This document shows, one piece after another, positions 27,725-40,736 of a DNA stretch of 64,000 nt (the stretch's first letter is position 1; every line of letters begins with the position of its first letter). The notes under the pieces are model-generated. The model searched no databases. It saw nothing but the letters and a program-made list of their open reading frames with translations, and was not told the DNA's origin. Both the position numbers and the translations under genes were made by a program. This stretch comes from the human T2T-CHM13v2.0 reference genome, Homo sapiens, in assembly GCF_009914755.1 (NCBI RefSeq), contig NC_060932.1. One strand, 5' to 3'.

Positions 27725-28769
27725 GCTTCTCTTTCTTGATCTACCCCACCTAGGGGAGAGAGAAGAGGAAATTTCCCCCAACTCCACCCAAGCCTCCTAA
27801 TGAGCGCATAGAAGAGAAGGGATGTCTCACTTCCTTGTCATTGTCTCATTTTAGCTTCTTCTGGTATTACCCTACTTGGTGAAACCTGAACTAGGATTCT
27901 GAGGCCAATTTTATTGCCTAGTTATGGATGTAAAGTGATGCAAAGTGAGCCCACGCTGTTGAGAGGATGTAAATGGATTTACCAAGCTAACACTGAACCA
28001 TAATTCAAAAACCTCAGGCCTGACACTGTCAGATCTTCAGGCTCTGGGTGCACATGGGTGGTGCAGAGTGCGTCCCAGGCACTGAAGATGACCACCTCGC
28101 ATAGGTGCACTTCCAGAAGACCAGATGGAGGCAGCTGGGAAATCTTCTCACGGCCCTCATGCCTTGGCATCCTGATGACGCACTACCCTGCAGAGAGTGG
28201 AGGGCACCCAGAAATTCCCCAACCCACTCACTTTGCTTATCAGTATCCTGTCTTCCCCTTAGTAAGGAAAACAAAAAGAGAACACAACTGTTGAGTTCAG
28301 GATGGATGGGCCCAGAAATAATTTCAAAATGTAGCCTTCTTTCCTTCATCTTTTCAGTAAATATGTACTAAGGACCTAGGTATCAGTTTATTACATTGTA
28401 AAACAAACCTCCCAAAAATTACTGACTTAAAACAATGACCACTTTTTTTTAGTTCTTCAGGTCAGTAACTTTGTCTGTGTTCTTGAGGGCAAAACTGTGT
28501 CTTATACAGCTCTAGATTAACAGGTACCAAAGGGCCTTGCACACAGTAGGCATTTGATAAATCAAGTTGAATGAATTTAGTAATTAGAAAACAATTGATG
28601 ATGGTTTAAATCCCCTTGGGGCTCAATTTATGAGCAAGAGGTCAATCATATTGACCAACATGATTGCACTCATTTTAGAAAGTGTATGTTCCCTGTTGAA
28701 TCTCTGTGTCTATAAGAATCCCTGGCAAATAGTAGGTGCTTATAAATATTTTTAAATGAATGAATGCTC

Positions 28770-29475
28770 TTTCCAGAATCCAACACTTCTCATCATCCCC
28801 TTTTCTACCACTGTATCAATGCCACTGTTATCTGTTGCCTTGATGGTTGTATTAGCCTCCCAACTGGAGTCTGGGTCATTGTCTCTTTATTACCCTCAGT
28901 ACACCAGCCAGAGGAATCCATAAAAATATGAGTCAAATCATGTCACTCCTGTGATTGAATCTTTTCCTTGGCCCCTTTCTAACTCAGACTAAAACCTGAA
29001 GCCTTTACAGTGCCCTACATGGCCCCACGCTTCCTGCCCTCTTGTGTCCTCTGCTTCTTCTTGTCTCCCCTCACTCCCTCCTCCCCACACTGGCCTCTTA
29101 CTGTTCTGTGAGCCCACCAACTGCCCTTCCTCATGCTTTTAAATTTGTTATTCCAAATGCCTTGAAGGCTCTTCCTTACTTCCTTCAATCTTTTCCTAAA
29201 TGTCATGTTCTCAACGGGGTTTTCCCTGAAAACCATGTTTGTAATTTCATTGCAATCTCTTCTTTATCTGCTTTATTTTTCCCTATAGCCCACTTATCTC
29301 CATCTAGTATGATATATATTTTACTCATTTATTTTGTATGTTGCCTGCCTCCCCCAAACTAATATATAAGCTCCCCATGGGCAGGAATTTTTATTAGTTT
29401 GTTTACTGCTAAATCTCCAGCACCTAGAACAGTGTCTGGAACAGAGTAGGTCCTCAGTAAGTAACTTTTGGATGA
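28770..29475 (+). mobile_element. L2 3' region
   Basis: TCAAATCATGTCACTCCTG...CTCCAGCACCTAGAACAGTGTCTGGAACAGAGTAGGTCCTCAGTAA. Confidence 0.85.
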
Positions 29476-29529
29476 AACCATAACGTGCTCTATGAGAAGT
29501 GTACATTTTCTCAGCTAACACTGAATCCA

Positions 29530-29975
29530 TGCCATATGACCCATCAATTCTACTCATAGGTATTTGTACAAGAGAAGTGGAAACTATGTTCATACAACAT
29601 TGTACATTAATGTTCATAGTAGCATTTTATAAAGCCATAAAAGGGAAACAATCCAAATGTCCATCAACTGATGAATGAATAAATACATGTGGCAAATCCA
29701 TAAAATGGAATATTATTCATCCATGAAAAGGAATGAGGTATTACACATGCTGCATTGTATGAAGCTTAAAAACATGAGGTTAAGTGAAAGAGGCTGGTAA
29801 CAATGAAGTATGAAGTGGAGAGTGACTGCTAAAGGTTATAGAGTTTCTTTTGGAGGTGATTACATTTTTCTGGACTTATATAGTGGTGATGGTTTCATAA
29901 CTTTTTGAATATACTAAACACCCTGACGTGTACATTGAAATGGGTTATTTCTATGGTATGTGAATTATCTCTAAC
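29530..29975 (+). mobile_element. L1MB/ME 3' fragment
   Basis: AAACAATCCAAATGTCCATCAACTGATGAATG...TATGGTATGTGAATTAT. Confidence 0.8.
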
Positions 29976-30109
29976 TTTTTTTTTAAGTTGCAGAGACAAA
30001 ACAAAAAACAAAAAACTTGAATCCAACATTACCCATGTCATCCCAGAGGTTAGATCTCAAGTCTGGGGTCACCCAGCTACCTAGAGATGAAATCAAGATT
30101 TGCACTGTT

Positions 30110-30659
30110 TATTCAAAGAATTATTGCCTGAGGCTCTGTTTTGTCTTAAGCACTGCTTGGTGGAGCAAACAAAACAAAACAATATAAAGTATGCATTTAA
30201 TGTCCAGTTCATTTGGAGGACAGACAGCTATGAATACAAATAAATAAAATTGAAGGTTCCACCTAAATACGAAAAGATAGGTGGAAGCCAAGAGCACGAG
30301 AACACAGAAGGGAATATTGTTTATTAGGGATGGTTTCCTGGAGCCAGGCTGGAAAGAAGGTAGGGATTCTGCAAGGACAGGAAAGGAAAGGAGGAGCATT
30401 CTGGCACACGGAGCTTGAGAAAGAGCATGGAATTCCCCAAAGGACAATGAGGAGGGCAGAGGAAAAGAATGCAGGAGAGACAGGCTGAAGAGATGCACCC
30501 TGAGGGTGCTCAGTCCCCTGCTATGCAGGCTGCATTTTCTCCTGTAGGCAACTGGCATTGGCAGAAGGTTCATGAGCATAGAACTGTTATGATAGAATAT
30601 GTATTCTGGCAAGGCTAAGCTTCCAGCCATGTGAACCAAGAGTTGGAGAAGAGATTCAT
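30110..30659 (-). mobile_element. L2 fragment
   Basis: TAGGGATGGTTTCCTGGAG..., CCTGTAGGCAACTGG. Confidence 0.5.
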
Positions 30660-31099
30660 TGATATAGTTGGATCTGTGTCCCTGTCAACATCTTATGCTG
30701 AATTGTAATCTCCAATGTTGGAGGTAAGGATATATTGTAATCTCCAATGTGGGAGGTAATTGGATCACGGGGCTGGACTTTTCATGAATAGTTTAGCACC
30801 ATCTTTTTTGGTGCTGTTCTCATGATAGTGAGTGAGTTATTATGAGATCCAGTTATTTAAAAGTGTGGCACCTCCCTGCCTCTCTCTCTTGCTACTGCTC
30901 TGGCCATGTGATGTGCCTTCTCCCCTGTCACCTTTCTCCATGATTGTGAATTTCCTGAGGTCTCCCCAGAAGCTAAGAATATGCCAGTATTATGCTTCTT
31001 GCACAACCTGTAGAACCATGAGCTAATTAAACCTCTTTTTGTTATAAATTACCCAGTCGCAGGTATTTCTTTATAGCAACGCAAGAACAAACTAATATA
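30660..31099 (+). mobile_element. MSTA-type solo LTR (MaLR)
   Basis: TGATATAGTT...ATAAATTACCCAGTCGCAGGTATTTCTTTATAGCAA...CTAATATA; TSD TTCAT/GTCAT. Confidence 0.85.
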
Positions 31100-31569
31100 G
31101 TCATGCATGACAAGGAGGGACTGCACAAACACATGAGGTTAACGCAAGAGCTTGGGTTCAGCCTGTGGCAGTGGGAGTGGCCAGGAATAAACATGTCCCA
31201 GAGGCATCCAGAAGGAGGATTTGGTGGCCAACTGGATACCAGGAGGGAAAAAGTCACAGATGCTGCAAAGTATCTCACCTCAGAGGCAAGAGAGTTTTGC
31301 TATTTTACTAATTTCCAGAGGGAGCACAGGAGGTGTGGGAGCAGGTAAGATGGGGAAAAAAATGCGTAACATTTGAGAGATTTTGGCTTTGAGTTGCCAT
31401 CAGGGAATTGTCCAGCAGATAGTTGAACAAGGAAGAACTATTAAAGTATTAGCTACATGTAAGAAATATTTTGAGCATACACTACATCCTACAGAATGTT
31501 CTCAGCATTTCATATACATTATTCAATTTCATCTTATCAAAAGCCCTTTGAAACAGAGAAAGACAGCCT

Positions 31570-31745
31570 TCTCCTGTCTGCCTTCTCCTCACCATAGCCT
31601 TCTCCCACCTCCTGCCTTCTATACCTTGCATCTTCTCCCCATCCAAGCCTTCATCCCACCTCTACCTCCTCCCTGCCATTGCCTTCTCTCTTTTCCTGTC
31701 TTTCTCCTCTCCCATCCTTTCCCACTTCTGGCTTCTCCCTTCCAC
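31570..31745. repeat. C/T-rich low-complexity tract
   Basis: Pyrimidine-rich run directly visible. Confidence 0.7.
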
Positions 31746-31877
31746 TACTGTCTAAGAGAAAAAATCTTGGATATGAATTTTATATAAACTGAGGCAATGG
31801 ATACTTTTGAGAACTGAGAGGTAATCTGAAAGACAAGAATTATTTGCCCCATGCTCTTACTTATTAGACAACCATTA

Positions 31878-32417
31878 CAATGGTCCACCCTTACCCACAG
31901 GGGCTGTGTTCCAAGACCTTCAGTGGACTACTGAAAGAGCAGATAGCACCAAACCCTATATATACTGTGTTTATGTCTATACATACACACCTATGATAAA
32001 GTTTGATGTATAAATTAGGCACAGTAAGAAATTCACAACAATAACTAATAATAAAGTAGAACAATTGTAACAATATGTCAGCATCACTGCTCTTCTGCTT
32101 TGGGGCTTTATTAAGTAAAATAAGGGTTATTTGAAGAGAAGCACTGCAGTATCACAACAGTCGATCTGATATTCTAGACAGCTGCTAAGTGACTGACAGG
32201 CAGGGAGCATCTACAGCATGGAGATGCCAGACAAGAGGAGAATTCATGTCCTGATCAGGACAAAGTGGGACAGTGCGAGATTTCATCACGCTGCTCAGAA
32301 AAGCACCCAATTTAAAACTTATGAATTGTTTATTTCTGGAATTTTCCATTCAATGTTCTTAAACTCCGTAAGTAAGGAAATCCTGGAAAGTGAAGCTACT
32401 GATATAAAGCACTATTG
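31878..32417 (+). mobile_element. MER44 (Tigger-derived MITE, MER44B-like)
   Basis: TA-flanked; ATAAATTAGGCACAGTAAGA, ATGAATTGTTTATTTCTGGAATTTTCCAT. Confidence 0.85.
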
Positions 32418-32875
32418 TAACTGGACACCTTGTTTGTGAGAGGTGCTGTTCTAGGTGCTGAAGGCAGAGCTGTGATGGAAACAGAAACCCTTGCTTTCAT
32501 GCAGCTTACATTCTAAAGAGAGAACAGTGAGGATAACACATCAGAAAAGGGAGTAAGAGGCAAAAACTCAGTTCAGATTGGAATGGAGGGAGATAGTTTG
32601 GGGGAGTTTTAGGTGAGAGACAAGGAGGAATGGGGTAGCTGCTGTGTCAAGCAGTGAGGCTGAACTCACTAAGGTGAGAACAGAAAGCAAGTTTTCTCTT
32701 TCTGACCACTGCCCCCCAAACTACCTCTGTACTATTTCTTCCTTTGTCTCTTGGATGAACTTTCAGACAGTTTCCATGCTTTTTACACTCACTACTTGGT
32801 AATAAAATTTCCAATTAGTTTTGTCCACCAAAAAGACCACCACTGCCATTTTCCCTTCAATTACTGTGCCTAAGT

Positions 32876-33300
32876 CACATATAAACCATGGAATACTATG
32901 CAGCCATAAAAAAGGATGAGTTCGTGTCCTTTGTAGGGACATGGATGAAGCTGGAAACCATCATTCTCAGCAAACTATCGCAAGGACAAAAAACCAAACA
33001 CCTAATGTTCTCACTCACAGGTGGGAATTCAACAATGAGAACACTTGGACACAGGAACAGGAACATCACACACCGGGGCCTGTCATGGGGTGGGTGAGGG
33101 GGAGATAACATTAAGAGATATGCCTAATGTAAATGACGAGTTAATGGGTGCAGCACACCAACATGGCGCATGCATACATAAGTAACAAACCTGCGCGTTG
33201 TACACATGTACCCTAGAACATGAAATATATCAAAAAAATAAAATAAATAAAAGAAAATGAACATATTCATTCAATGCACAATGAAATGAAAAAAAAAAAA
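32876..33300 (+). mobile_element. L1PA 3' end with double A tail (short transduction)
   Basis: MEYYAAIKKDEF ORF2 end plus 3'UTR; TSD AATTA(C/T)TGTGCCTAAGTCA at 32859-32877 and 33299-33317. Confidence 0.93.
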
Positions 33301-34127
33301 TTATTGTGCCTAAGTCAAGACAATGATTCTTCTTTGGGCTTCATTCAGAGTTGGAACTTCTCACCTCTCCCAGGCTCAGGGAAGATGCAGACCTCGGATC
33401 CTGTAAGATGCTGTGGATATTTGCTCTATTTTGTGGCCCAACTTGCCTTTCTGCTTTATCTCCCCCTAAAGAGCCAGACTTGGATCCTGACTATTCCAGA
33501 GTTAGGCTTATGGAAAGAGGAATTAGAGGAGAATGTGGACACCTGGTCAGTTGGTACTGTCACTATCCAGCTTTGGTGCTCTCCAGAACTGGAGGTAGTA
33601 AAGGCTGACTGTTTCTTCCAAGAGGTGCTTTGAAACTTTTCTCAGAGATTCCCCACCAGGAACTTTAACTTATTTTCTCATAGTCACTGTTTTTTCTCCT
33701 GGGATTGCCTCTAACATCAACCCTCAACCTTGGCATTTGGTGGTCCACTTCATAGAGACACTTTCTTTTTGGTGTCCCATTTAACCTCTGGGAAGACCAC
33801 ATGAGCTTCATCTCATTTCTGCTCATGAGAGAGACCCCAGCAAATTTTAGTACCACAATTGATGGAAATATTCACCGCAAATGTCAGTCCTTTCTCTCTT
33901 CTGTGCAGCCCCAATGAAGAAGCCACAGAGTTGCTATTCAGATTTCTCAGGAAAAGTCAAATAACTGTCCACTGGGTTCCCTAAACCCTAGGGGGTGAAT
34001 ATCAAACTCTTTAAGTGGTCCTTGAAGCCACTCTCACCATGCAGGGAGTGGGAAGGAAATTTCTACAGAACTCCACAACCCGGCCCCACACATCGTCTTG
34101 TTAGATCAGCTATTTTAAATCCTAAAG

Positions 34128-34350
34128 CAGTAGTCAGCAAAGCTTTTCTGTAAAAGGCCTGATAGTAAATTATTTAAGCTTTGCAGGCAAAACAGTCTCG
34201 GTAGCAATTCTCAACTCTGCATTGTTTTTAAAAAAGAAAAGAGCAATGGGCTATGCTTAAGCAAATGGGTGTGGCTGTGTTCCAATATAACTTTATTTAT
34301 GAAAACAGATAGCAGGCAGGATTCAGCCTGTGGGCTCTAGTTTGACTCTC
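34128..34350 (-). mobile_element. MER58A
   Basis: TTTTCTGTAAAAGGCCTGATAGTAAAT...GGCTGTGTTCCAATATAACTTTATTTA. Confidence 0.8.
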
Positions 34351-34512
34351 TAAAGGTAGGTGATGACCCAATATTCTGATTTTCAGCCTTCCCATTGCAA
34401 GGCCCGTCAAGATGGGGTAGCACTTCCCTTGGAAGACAGAGGTTCTTTCTTTATTGATTTTTCTTGCTGAAGTCAGAGAGACAGAAATGGTCTCATTTTT
34501 AACATCCTATTA

Positions 34513-34519
34513 AACACAA

Positions 34520-34556
<37 letters not shown>

Positions 34557-34620
34557 CAGAGAGAGAGACAGAGAGAGAGAGGGGAGAAAGAAAGAAAAAT
34601 GACAGAAACAAAGAAAGAAA
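34513..34620. repeat. (CA)n(GA)n compound microsatellite
   Basis: Directly visible. Confidence 0.9.
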
Positions 34621-34932
34621 TTAGTAAAGACATTTTGAAAAAATGTGCTGCGTGTTAAGAATGAAATTCCCTATAGTATTTCTGAGATGACTGGTCATGC
34701 AGGTGGCTGGGTCTTTCAACTGTAACATGTGGTGGGAGGAAACCAGAGTAGCCCAATTTTATCTGAGATGTAATAGGTTCTCTTTTCCTCATTTTATAGT
34801 TGGAAAAAACTAGTACTATAGAGATCAAATAACCTGTCTTTGGTCCCACAGTTAGTAAGAGACAGAACCAGGATTTAATTCCAGTTTTCCATGACCACCA
34901 AATGCTACGTAGATTTTTCTTAGGTAGATTAT

Positions 34933-35912
34933 TGTACTTGTTTTCTATTACTGCTGTAACAAATCATCATAAATTTAGTTGCTTACAGCGACATAAATTT
35001 ATTATACCACAGTTTTAGAAGTCAGAAGTCCAAATGGGTTTCACTGGGCTAAAGTCAAGATGAGATGTCAGCAGGGCTTTATTCCTTCTAGAGACTCTAA
35101 GAAATAATCTATTTTATTTCCTTGCCTTTCCAGTTCCTAGAGGCCACCTGCATTCCTTAGATTGTAGCACCTTTCTCTGTCTTCAAAACCAACAGTGTAG
35201 CATCTCCTGTGATGGTTAATACTGAGTGTCAACTTGATTGGGTTCAAGGATGCAAAGTACTGATCCTGGGTGTGTCTGTGAGGGTGTTGCCAAAGGAGAC
35301 TAACATTTGAGTCAGTGGGCTGGGGAAGGCAGACCCACCCTTAACCTAGTGGGCACAATCTAATCAGCTGCTGGTGAATATAAAGCAAGCAGAAAAATGT
35401 GAAAAGGTGAGACTGGCCTAGCCTCTCAGCCTACATCTTTCTCCCATGCTGGATGCTTCCTGCCCTCAAACATCGGACTCCAAGTTCTTCATTTTTGAGA
35501 CATGGACTGGCTCTCCTTGCTCCTCAAGCTTGCAGACAGCCTATTGTGGAACTTTGTGATTGTGTGAGTTAATACTTAATAAACTCCCATATATATATAT
35601 TTATATTCTATTATTTCTGTCCCTCTAGGGAACCCTAATATATCTCATGACTTCTCTTGTCCCTCTGTTGCCATTGTTATGTATGTCACTTTCTATCTGA
35701 CTCTAAGTCTCTTGTCTTCCTCTTATAAGGATGTTGTGTTTACATTGAGCCCAACCAGTTAAGCCATGATCATCTTCCCATTTGAAAATCATTGAATTAA
35801 TTACATCCGTGTAATTAATTCAATTTTTGCCATGTGAAGTAACATATTCATAGATTCTGGGAATTAAGACATAGACACCTTCTAAAGGGGGAGAGCATTG
35901 CTCCACCTACAA
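34933..35912 (-). mobile_element. MLT1D/C-like LTR split by MLT2A
   Basis: CTGCTGTAACAAAT...CTAGAGGCCACCTGCATTCCTT; resumes with TTTGCCATGTGAAGTAACATATTCATAG. Confidence 0.8.
35208..35642 (+). mobile_element. MLT2A1/A2 (HERV-L) solo LTR
   Basis: TGTGATGGTTAATACTGAGTGTCAACTTGATTGG start; TSD TCTCC/TCTCA. Confidence 0.92.
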
Positions 35913-37765
35913 CAATTGTTGATTACAATCCAGGAGATGAATGTGGTCTTTCAGAAAGAATGCTTAAAGCTAAAAGGGAATCAAGATGAAAAAAAGAACT
36001 TAAAGAAAGCATCTAAAAGTAGGGCCAGTGGAGGAAAAACAAGAAATTGCAAAGAGCTAGGAGAAGAATTGCATAAAAGTGCTTCCCGAAAGCCCCAGAG
36101 GAGAGAATTTCAAAATTCTTGAGTCACAAAGTCAAATGCTCTGAACTTGAAAAAGGACAAAGGAACACAATCTCAGGCAGGGGACCACCAGCAACCTTAG
36201 CAAAGGGAAGATTTGGACTGCACGGGTGGCGGCAGCGTGAAGTCACACTGTACAGCCTGGCCCAGCCCAGAACCTTTCTCCTAGCCCAGGCCCTCTGTTC
36301 ACAGGAAGCATCAGCACTACCTTTTACCTCGGCCAACCCATCCATATTGTGAACTCAGCTTATTGGAACACAAAGAGCATTTGGCTGTCTTTTAGATATA
36401 ATTTGAAAAGTCAGGAGTTGGCCTTTGGAAAAGCTGCTTCAGACAGCAAGAATATTTTAGTGTAAGGGGAAATATATTCATCTGATGAAAGGTGTGGGAA
36501 CCAGGAGTGGGAGGGAAGCAAGGTTCCCTTGGTACCACCTGGAGTCTCAGCATCCATATTATTTTATGTGGCATCACCATCATTTTTTGACACCACCAGC
36601 GAGATTGTTCAATGAATATTTAATCATGATGGGGTTCTCTCCTTTCCCATTCCTTCGGTCCCCTGGCTCCAGCCTTTCTAAAGTAATAACTTTGCTCATC
36701 AAACACCAAAACTGGCACTTCCCCATCCTTATGCTGGTACCATGATGTAGACTATTTGTGGGTTCTGAGCGACAGGTGGCTGGTAAGGTAGCAACAGAAC
36801 AGCTCCCAGAGACACCAGTTGTTGGAGGCTTATATTACCCCAGGGAGGATCATGAAACTGCAGAAGCCATCTGGCAGGGCTCTCAAGGCACCTGTATGCT
36901 GAGCCTGCTGCCAATATCTCCATCTCAATTAGGCTCCTGTGCAGTGATTTCCCTGCTGTACTCACTGACTCGCACAAAATCTCAGGGAAGAGCACAGGCA
37001 CCAACCAACTATGCTGGAGAGAAGAGGAAAGTTTGTAAGATTACTGAAGAAATCTTTCCTCTACTTCCATGTGGTGAAAGAGAGAGGAATGCAACACACC
37101 TCTCCATGGAAGAAATCAAGGAGGATGACCAACAATTCACAGGCAATCTTGATAGCCCTTGATAGTCACACCCACCCTGTGACATTGGGCCACTTGGATG
37201 CCATTTTAGGTATGTGGAAATTGAAGCTTAAAGTGGTTAGGTAAGTCCCTGAGGTCCCAAGGATGATGAATGGCAGCACCAAGGTGTAAGCCACGTCTGT
37301 CTGACTCTAGGGTTGATGTGGATGCTCACTACAGTTCATTGCTTATTGCAGAGTCAAAGTTCAAGGTCCTTAAGCACAAGAACTGTGTCCTATCTTGCTC
37401 TTTTTGTATCCATCACCTCCTCACTCTCACCCATGATGCAACCTCAGGACCAAACACAATGGGTAAGTTTCTTCTCCACTGTCAACCACCAGCGTTGTAT
37501 CTGGGAAGTGGGGTAAAAACACCCATCACTTGACTCCATAAATGCCTTTCCACCTCCATGATGAAGACAAACTCCAGAGATGGTGCATTTATGCAACTGA
37601 GTATTGAGTGAGCACATGCTATGTGCGCTAGGCAAAGTGGTAGGCGATTAAGGAGAGGTAGATTAGAGGCTCAGTATGACAGACATGCAGCAGCGGGTGT
37701 TAATTACTACTAAGTGTTCTTACTGTGCTTGGTAAGCATGTTGCATGCATTATCTCATTTAATAG

Positions 37766-37810
37766 GTGTGTGCGCATGTGTGCGTGTGTGTGTGTGTTTG
37801 TGTGTGTGTA
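37766..37810. repeat. Imperfect (TG)n
   Basis: Directly visible. Confidence 0.85.
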
Positions 37811-37929
37811 TGCAGGGAGAAATTGAAGTGGGCACATTCCTGGCTGCGCAAACAGCAGGAGCAAAGGTACTGAAGTAGAAATGTGCAATGCATGTAGAAG
37901 AAACTAAATAAGTTCAGAATATTCTTTAA

Positions 37930-38165
37930 TTTATTTGCTTAACAAATATTTATGGACATCCTCTATGTGCTAGGCACTGTGATAAGCAAAGGAGAAAGAG
38001 GAGTGAACCAGATATGGTCCAGAGTGACACTGATAACAATTACAAATAGCGATACCATAATAACTGTAATAAAACTACAACGTTAAAAAGCAGGAACACA
38101 AGATTACTGAACTTCAGGAGGCTAACCTTGTCTGGAAGGTTATGGAAAGCTTCCCTGATACAGCA
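37930..38165 (-). mobile_element. L2 3' fragment
   Basis: AACAAATATTTATGGACATCCTCTATGTGCTAGGCACTGTG. Confidence 0.7.
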
Positions 38166-38959
38166 TCAGTGAGAACAACAGAGAGTAGAAAAGTAGGGTC
38201 CTTCCCTTCTGGATACAGGGTAGATGTTAATTTAATAGTGAGCTTCTGAGAGAGTCAAGTCTTGATATGAATTCACCATAGCACTGGGGTGGAATCAAAA
38301 GAAGGAACTAGCCTGCAGCCTCATTTAGGACCAGGAGACATGGCATCAGTCAAATGAGAGTCAAAGCAGGATTGAAACTGGAGATCCCAGGCAAAGGCTA
38401 GGAGCACGGACCTCTCAGGAGGGTGCCAAGTTCACCAGAATAAGCATTGTGCATTTGGATAGTTTCAGTACCTTTTCCGGTCACTTTATCCACATGGATG
38501 TTTAACATGAATTATCTCACCTGAGACTCACAACAAGCATAGGGAGGCGGGAATGGGAACAAAAATCCTCATCTGACCCAGAAGGGAACTGGAAGGAGGG
38601 CTTGTGATTAGACATGGGACTTCCCATTCTCAACCAAGTCCCTGCGCACACAGCATGGTCACCAGGCAAGACCATGTTGAGCCTCACCCGCTACTTATTT
38701 TTCAATTAATAATAACCATATAAAGAATCCTTGCATAGTGTTTTATTTTTATTTTTCACAGCATTTTCCTTTCCACCGTCTCATTGGAGCATCTCATCAA
38801 CCTTGCTAAGGAGACAACAAACTACAACAAAACCCCGCAAGGCTTAGAGATATTTGCCCAGAGCCATGCAGGTGAAAATATGGAAGAAACAAAATGCCAA
38901 TTTAAGTCTTCTTCCATAGAATCCTTTGATCTTTCTGATACTCCACATCACACCACCCA

Positions 38960-39665
38960 TCAGTTCATTTATTCAAGAAATGGTTACTGAGTAACTTTCA
39001 TGGGCCAAGCCCTTTTCCAGCTACTGAAGATGCAATTCTCATAAGGAATTCACAGAGAACAAGTAACCTGATACATTACAGAATGTATAGCCAGAGTAGT
39101 AGCAAGGTGCTAAGGGGTACACAGAGGAAGAGACACAAGAGCTTCTTGTGTTATGGGGTAGAGGGCAATGGGGAGGCTTCATGCAGGAGCTAGCATTTGA
39201 GCTCAGATGTGGTGGATAGGTAGGAGTTTTCCAGGGCAACAAAGCAGGCAAATATCTGAGACCAGAGGAAACGGCATATTCAAGGGCACAGGCATGACCA
39301 GGCCTGACTCTTCCAGGGAATATGGCTGGAGTGAATACAGGAGAGATGAGAGAGAATGCTGGAATGGAAGGAGAGGACTTCATACCAGAAACTGAGAGTA
39401 GTCAGAGAGGTGTTTTCAGCAAGGGAGAGGCACATTCAGATTTTTGGTTTGGGGAAACCACCTATGCGAAATTTAGAATAAAAAGTGAAAAAAGAGCCTG
39501 AAGATGGGAAAATAGGTAAATTATGAGAGTGGCAGTGTGGAAGAAGGAATATTGCATCTGGGAATACAATTGGAAGATTTAGTGACTTGGATGAGAATAT
39601 GAGAGAGAAGGTAAGGGATGACATGAAGCCTTCTACCCTGCGAAGCCAAGAAAATGGTAGAGCCA
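38960..39665 (-). mobile_element. L2 fragment
   Basis: GGGAGGCTTCATGCAGGAGCTAGCATTTGAGCT... Confidence 0.7.
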
Positions 39666-39703
39666 TCCAGAGTAGCCCTATTTCCTAACACATGCTCATG
39701 GAT

Positions 39704-39745
39704 ACACACCACACACACACACACACACACACGCACACACACACA
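39704..39745. repeat. (CA)n
   Basis: Directly visible. Confidence 0.9.
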
Positions 39746-39753
39746 GGCACGAG

Positions 39754-40040
<287 letters not shown>

Positions 40041-40116
40041 AGACAAAAGAAATGGAAGCACATTAGCATGTTAGCAGTGTTTATCCTTGGATTACAAAAC
40101 GCTTGCCAGAATTTTC

Positions 40117-40669
40117 TTTTTAACTTTTTTTTTATACTTTAAGTTCTACAGTACATGTGCACAATGTGCAGGTTTGTTACAACTGTATACATGTGCCATG
40201 TTGGTGTGCTGCACCCATTAACTCGTCATTTACATTAGGTATATCTCCTAATGCTATCCCTCCCCCCTCCACCCCACCCCACAACAGGCCCCGGTGTGTG
40301 ATGTTCCCCTTCCTGTGTCCAAGTGTTCTCATTGTTCAATTCCCACCTGTGAGTGAGAACATGAGGTGTTTGGTTTTTTGTCCTTGTGACAGTTTGCTGA
40401 GAATGATGGTTTCCAGATTCATCCATGTCCCTACAAAGGACATGAACTCATCCTTTTTAATGCTGCATAGTCTTCCATGGTGTATATGTGCCACATTTTC
40501 TTAATCCAGTCTATCATTGATGGACATTTGGGTTGGTTCCAAGTCTTTGCTATTGTGAATAGTGCCGCAATAAACATACATGTGCATGTGTCTTTATAGC
40601 AGCATGGTTTATAATCCTTTGGGTATATACCCAGTAATGGGATGGCTGGGTCAAATGGTATTTATAGTT
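40117..40669 (-). mobile_element. L1PA 3' fragment
   Basis: Near-identical to the 3'UTR/ORF2 end of the L1 at 18407-18950. Confidence 0.93.
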
Positions 40670-40679
40670 AATCTTAGGG

Positions 40680-40736
40680 GGAGTTATTGTCGAGGTTGGT
40701 CTAGAACTCCTGGCCTCAAGCAATCCTCTTGCCTCA
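40680..40736 (-). mobile_element. Old Alu/FLAM left-arm fragment
   Basis: GAACTCCTGGCCTCAAGCAATCCTCTTGCCTCA. Confidence 0.7.

Noticed and set aside
30121-30639. 172-aa hydrophobic ORF
   Set aside because: Lies within an L2 relic; no recognisable domain or splice structure.
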